From Candidatus Obscuribacteraceae bacterium (GTDB taxonomy: Bacteria > Cyanobacteriota > Vampirovibrionia > Obscuribacterales > Obscuribacteraceae), in contig JBGAHS010000002.1 in NCBI GenBank assembly GCA_044226015.1, positions 224,001 to 288,000 on the forward strand: a stretch of 64,000 nt of DNA, in the 5' to 3' direction. Below are positions 60,125-64,000 of this stretch, piece by piece (within the stretch, counting starts at the first letter, position 1; each line of letters opens with the position of its first letter). Under the pieces are notes generated by a model that had not been told where the DNA came from, ran no database searches, and saw nothing but the letters and a program-made list of their open reading frames with translations. A program made the position numbers and the translations under genes.

Positions 60125-60877
60125 CTAGCTTCTGTTGAAGCCAAAAATGCGCTTCCACCATGGCATGTTCAGAACTAGATTATACTCACGTTTCAATTCT
60201 TCCAACTCTTTGCGGGTTAGTTCTAAATCAGATTTGGCTCTTGCACTCTCGCTTGCGCTGCTTTCAAGTAAACGCATCGAGCCCTGCATTTGGGAAATGA
60301 TGCGAAGATCTTCCATGTGCAGGCGGCGCTCTTCGCTCAAAGTTTTTTGAGTAGAAAGCAGTTCACGTAACAAATGCTCAACCTCTTCGCTACGATCAAT
60401 GACTATGGTGGGTTGATCATAGTTATGCTCAGAACGAGCAAGACTGCGCTTCCCAGAGCTTTCTGCTGTACCACGCAAAAACTCAGTTAGGTCTGGCATC
60501 TCAAAACTGCTTTGGGTATCTTGCGGCGTATAGCTGCCACCGCGAAGGCGAAAACCTGCTGGAGGTGTAAGCCGCCATTCTTCACCTTTTTCGGTTCTCA
60601 CCTTTTTGGCAGCCCAGCCTTCCGGCAGTTTATTACCCCAACGTCCGAGCAAACTGCGTTCGAGTGCGCGCACACTCTTTCCTAGTATCGCAGCCGCCTC
60701 CGAAATATTGAAGATTGGGCGAGGCGCTTCCTGAGCTGCCGCCGAAGGACTGGTCTCTGAATCAGAACCATTTGATTCAGTCGCTGCAGCGGAAATTTCT
60801 CCATTCAAGAAATCAGAGCTGTCACCAAAGGTGGTGACATATTCAATACTGTTTTCTGCGGGATCTTTCGTAGACAT
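60125..60877 (-). CDS. HTH-containing protein with C-terminal coiled coil and amphipathic WW tail
   Basis: FNISEAAAILGKSVRALER (MerR/HTH_17-like); coiled coil; ends PWWKRIFG. Confidence 0.7.
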   Translation of the reverse strand: MSTKDPAENSIEYVTTFGDSSDFLNGEISAAATESNGSDSETSPSAAAQEAPRPIFNISEAAAILGKSVRALERSLLGRWGNKLPEGWAAKKVRTEKGEEWRLTPPAGFRLRGGSYTPQDTQSSFEMPDLTEFLRGTAESSGKRSLARSEHNYDQPTIVIDRSEEVEHLLRELLSTQKTLSEERRLHMEDLRIISQMQGSMRLLESSASESARAKSDLELTRKELEELKREYNLVLNMPWWKRIFGFNRS

Positions 60878-61147
60878 CTGACTATCTCCTCTCTTGCGCG
60901 GCAGAACTGAAGCCGAATGTATATATCATTTAACTCAAGCAAGTTCAGTCTAACTTGAATTGTCGACTAACAAAATGACGGGAAAGGAACTGGAGATTAA
61001 TCCCCAATAAGCATTCTTGTATTAGAAGAAAAGCAAGCTGCTGTAATGCAAAAACAGTCCTGATTGGTTACCATTAGATATTCACTGAACACCACCGCTT
61101 CCTAAAAGCGGTAAACAATTCGACACCAATATCTCGGAGTTTTCAGC

Positions 61148-62176
61148 TTGAGAGTTTCCATCACCATCACTGCAATTATCTTGTCAGTCCTTTTCATACG
61201 CAACGCATCTGCATGCACAGAAGTTATTTTGAACAAGAAAAAAGACCTTGTGATTTCAGGGCGAACACTGGACTACAACTCAGAACTTGGCTCAAGAATT
61301 TGTTTTGTAGAAAAGGGAAGCAAAATAGAAGACCCAGGTGTCAAATGGACACAATTTCAAGGTGCAGCCCTGAGCTGGACAAGCAAATACAACGCTGTAC
61401 TCGTCGATGCTTTCAATGAGAAAGCCTATGTAGACGGCATGAATTCAGAAGGTCTCAGCGTTGCTTGTTTGTGGCAAGCTGACACAGAACTGCCGCAGGC
61501 AGTCAATGATGGAACCCGTGCACTTTCTAATGTCGCTCTGGTCGAATATCTCACCGAAAACGCCAGAGATGTCGAAGAAGCGAAGAAATTGATATCAGGC
61601 TTATCCCTTTTTCTCTCAAACTACAAGGGGCAACCGATGGTACTCCACTGGATAATCAATGACAAATCGGGTAAAAGCACTGTCGTAGAAATCAAAAATG
61701 GCAAGGCAAAATTCTTTGACGAAGTAACAAGCGTGGGCGTAATGGCAAATCAGCCAAGCTACGACAAACAGCTGGACAATTTGAAAACGCACAAAAGTGA
61801 ACAAGCTCAAAGTGCAAAATCATACGTTTTGCCGGGAGATTATCAATCAAAAAACCGGTTTGTGCGCAGCGAGTTTCTGGTATCACATTTGCCACCATAC
61901 GAAACAGCTGAACAGGGAGTAGCGGCAGCAATACAAATTCTTCACAACGTCGAATCTCCCAAAGGAGCACAACCCACAGGTTCTTACACTCAGTGGATAA
62001 CAGTGCGAGACCAATCCAACCTGCGTTACTGGTTCTTGAGCGCAAACCGACCAGCACCAAAACTTGTTGATTTCAAGAATATCGACTTCAAGTCTCTTGC
62101 AGGCAAATTCGTAGCCATCGATAGCGCCAATTCTGGTGATGTATCCAAACTTCCAGAGCTTACTGCATCCAAGTAA
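61148..62176 (+). CDS. Secreted linear amide C-N hydrolase (choloylglycine hydrolase/penicillin V acylase, Ntn family)
   Basis: Signal peptide ASA then nucleophile C-T; GRTLDY, DGMNSEGL, LHW.I.D.SG...VVE, MANQP.Y, LPGD..S..RFVR. Confidence 0.9.
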   Translation: MRVSITITAIILSVLFIRNASACTEVILNKKKDLVISGRTLDYNSELGSRICFVEKGSKIEDPGVKWTQFQGAALSWTSKYNAVLVDAFNEKAYVDGMNSEGLSVACLWQADTELPQAVNDGTRALSNVALVEYLTENARDVEEAKKLISGLSLFLSNYKGQPMVLHWIINDKSGKSTVVEIKNGKAKFFDEVTSVGVMANQPSYDKQLDNLKTHKSEQAQSAKSYVLPGDYQSKNRFVRSEFLVSHLPPYETAEQGVAAAIQILHNVESPKGAQPTGSYTQWITVRDQSNLRYWFLSANRPAPKLVDFKNIDFKSLAGKFVAIDSANSGDVSKLPELTASK

Positions 62177-62211
62177 GGTCGCACTCGCAAAGACACAATT
62201 AGGATTTTACG

Positions 62212-63285
62212 ATGCTTCCAGATTCAGCATCTTGGGTGACAGAGCTAGAACAAACTCATGGCGAAAAAATTCATTTTCTTGCCAATTCAATCGAATTACT
62301 TCAATCACTTTTCTCGGGATACGAAGCATACCAAAGACTCGACAGCAGTCTGATACACGACTTTATGGAGTCTTCAAAAGAACAAATTGATGTAAAATCA
62401 AAAACGTTCCTGAAACATCACACGCCCACCCTCACAAAAGAGTGGTACCGTGCCTATTTGTTTTCACAGGGAGAAGCAGTCAGACTTCTAAAAGCCTTCA
62501 CTGGAATTCGTATACTTGGCGTGGCAATACTCACCGAGGAGTTTCTGCGTTCGCTCATTTCCGGGAATCTCTTGATTCCCCTCATTTGCTGCAGAAGCAG
62601 CCTTGAGCATATCGCGTCCTATAACGCAATCATGACTGAGCTGCACTCTCTACCAGTGAGAAATGACATCAGCGGGGTACAGCATGACCTGGCACAGAAG
62701 TCCGACTTGCTGAGGCAGCGCCTCTTTGCCCGGCGAGTTGACTGGATGGAATTGCTTTCCGACCCCGACAAAGCAAGCCAACGCAAGAACATCAGGTATA
62801 CCGCAGAAGAACATCACGTTGACTTAAGTGCGGAACAGATTCTAAAAGACATCGATGCTCTGGACAAAATCATCAAGGGTACTCGCTCCTGGTATGAGGT
62901 TTTGTGCGAATTCGCGCATCCGAATGTAGGCGTAGTTCTGTCTTTTACACAAAGCACAAATCATTACGTTGATACCAACGGGCTCAGCTGGACTGAACAT
63001 CGCTTTTCTCGCTCACCATTTGCCTCACTGCAAGAACTCAGGCAAATTCTTGATCGTGTGCTTGAAGTTTACACTCAATGTATTTCGCGATTCTTGCATC
63101 TTTTGCAAGAATCGCTTCCAAGCATGTTGACGATAACAAATGCGCAGGCAAAAGCAACGACTCAAGAATTGCTTATCTGCCAGCTTATGACAAACGAAGG
63201 CACAATCAGACTTATCGAACACGTCGACTTAGAATCACCTTGCCCCTGTGGCAGCGAACTAAAAATCAAGCACTGCTGCGCTTAG
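62212..63285 (+). CDS. Hypothetical protein with C-terminal SEC-C Zn motif
   Basis: PCPCGSELKIKHCC at the C-terminus; internal YEVLCEFAHPN. Confidence 0.8.
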   Translation: MLPDSASWVTELEQTHGEKIHFLANSIELLQSLFSGYEAYQRLDSSLIHDFMESSKEQIDVKSKTFLKHHTPTLTKEWYRAYLFSQGEAVRLLKAFTGIRILGVAILTEEFLRSLISGNLLIPLICCRSSLEHIASYNAIMTELHSLPVRNDISGVQHDLAQKSDLLRQRLFARRVDWMELLSDPDKASQRKNIRYTAEEHHVDLSAEQILKDIDALDKIIKGTRSWYEVLCEFAHPNVGVVLSFTQSTNHYVDTNGLSWTEHRFSRSPFASLQELRQILDRVLEVYTQCISRFLHLLQESLPSMLTITNAQAKATTQELLICQLMTNEGTIRLIEHVDLESPCPCGSELKIKHCCA

Positions 63286-63454
63286 AGAAAGCAACTTTGC
63301 GTACCCCTTGGGTGAAAACGACGGCACCACCAGAGGTACCATCGAATCAGCTTGAAAGAATTTGTGCAGAATTTCGACTCATACGAAATACAAAAATAAT
63401 CTATATTGTTCAAGCCCATTGTTCGAGCATGTTGTTCGAGCATTGTGCAAACAA

Positions 63455-63844
63455 TCATTCGCAGATGATTTGTTGACCCATTTCAATGCGCAAGTGAATT
63501 TCATCAATTTGATTTTTCGCTTCCATGAGACCCATGCCAGTGGCTTCTCGCAAAACTCTGATGGCTTCGATTTCCTTGCCCTGTCGAAGCAAATCAACAA
63601 CCTGTGGCGGCACGTTCACAGAATAAACTTCGCCCTTAGCAATTTCCTGAGCAACTTCATTGCCGATGGTTCTCACAAGAATGCGCTTTTTGCCGCCGTT
63701 CACAACAACGACGAGTACAAAAACGCCAAGCAACATGCCAATAAGAGTTTGAACCGGGTCGGCATGCAATATCACAACAGTGCTAATCGCGACGACCATC
63801 ACTGCTATTAAAACTACTGCGTTTTTACTAGGTTTCTTGTCCAT
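63455..63844 (-). CDS. Membrane-anchored protein with ribosomal L7/L12 C-terminal-like domain
   Basis: Two N-terminal TMs; GKEIEAIRVLREATGMGLMEAKNQID. Confidence 0.75.
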   Translation of the reverse strand: MDKKPSKNAVVLIAVMVVAISTVVILHADPVQTLIGMLLGVFVLVVVVNGGKKRILVRTIGNEVAQEIAKGEVYSVNVPPQVVDLLRQGKEIEAIRVLREATGMGLMEAKNQIDEIHLRIEMGQQIICE

Positions 63845-64000
63845 AACCTGAACCCGGGAAGCTTGAAAAGTATACAACATCATCCTCCAGGGGGTTAAGG
63901 CGAGCCCAGCACTATTCTGCTAAAGTTGATTTGTCAAGGCGAGGCCCAAAAATGACCTTACGACTAATATTGACGTCCCTGATACTAAGTCTTTCAATCG

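Noticed and set aside
756..63811. Numerous antisense and alternate-frame ORFs overlapping well-supported genes
   Set aside because: Shadow ORFs with no motifs or RBS.

Overview
Bacterial chromosomal window. The lineage is inferred to be non-photosynthetic cyanobacterial (Vampirovibrionia/Melainabacteria, Obscuribacterales-like), from the cyanobacterial-type RecG N-terminus and RF1 C-terminus, tRNAs without encoded CCA, many secreted TPR proteins and no photosynthesis genes in the window. Core genes: hutH (3' part), a SulP transporter, an AdoMetDC(SpeD)-aminopropyltransferase(SpeE) fusion, tRNA-Val(CAC), patA, an ArnT-like glycosyltransferase, recG, mglA, rpmB, hslO, prmC, prfA, tRNA-Ser(GGA), tpiA, cobS, an MdtABC-like RND triplet, cmk and an Ntn amide hydrolase. 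A decaying accessory region (~35.9-45.5 kb) holds a DUF1778/GNAT toxin-antitoxin pair, pseudogenes and orphans. The most notable items not explained by the ORF track are: (1) a SelW/Rdx selenoprotein (YCGA-UGA-GY plus a SECIS-like hairpin) at 59726-60076; (2) a ~200-nt promoter-led, strongly base-paired RNA next to tRNA-Val inside a polyamine gene neighbourhood; (3) two related 7-copy tandem arrays (69-bp and 65-bp units) built around a GGTACC-centred palindrome, each between convergent genes; (4) a tandem kinase-pseudokinase protein. All protein calls come from motif recognition by eye; no searches were run.
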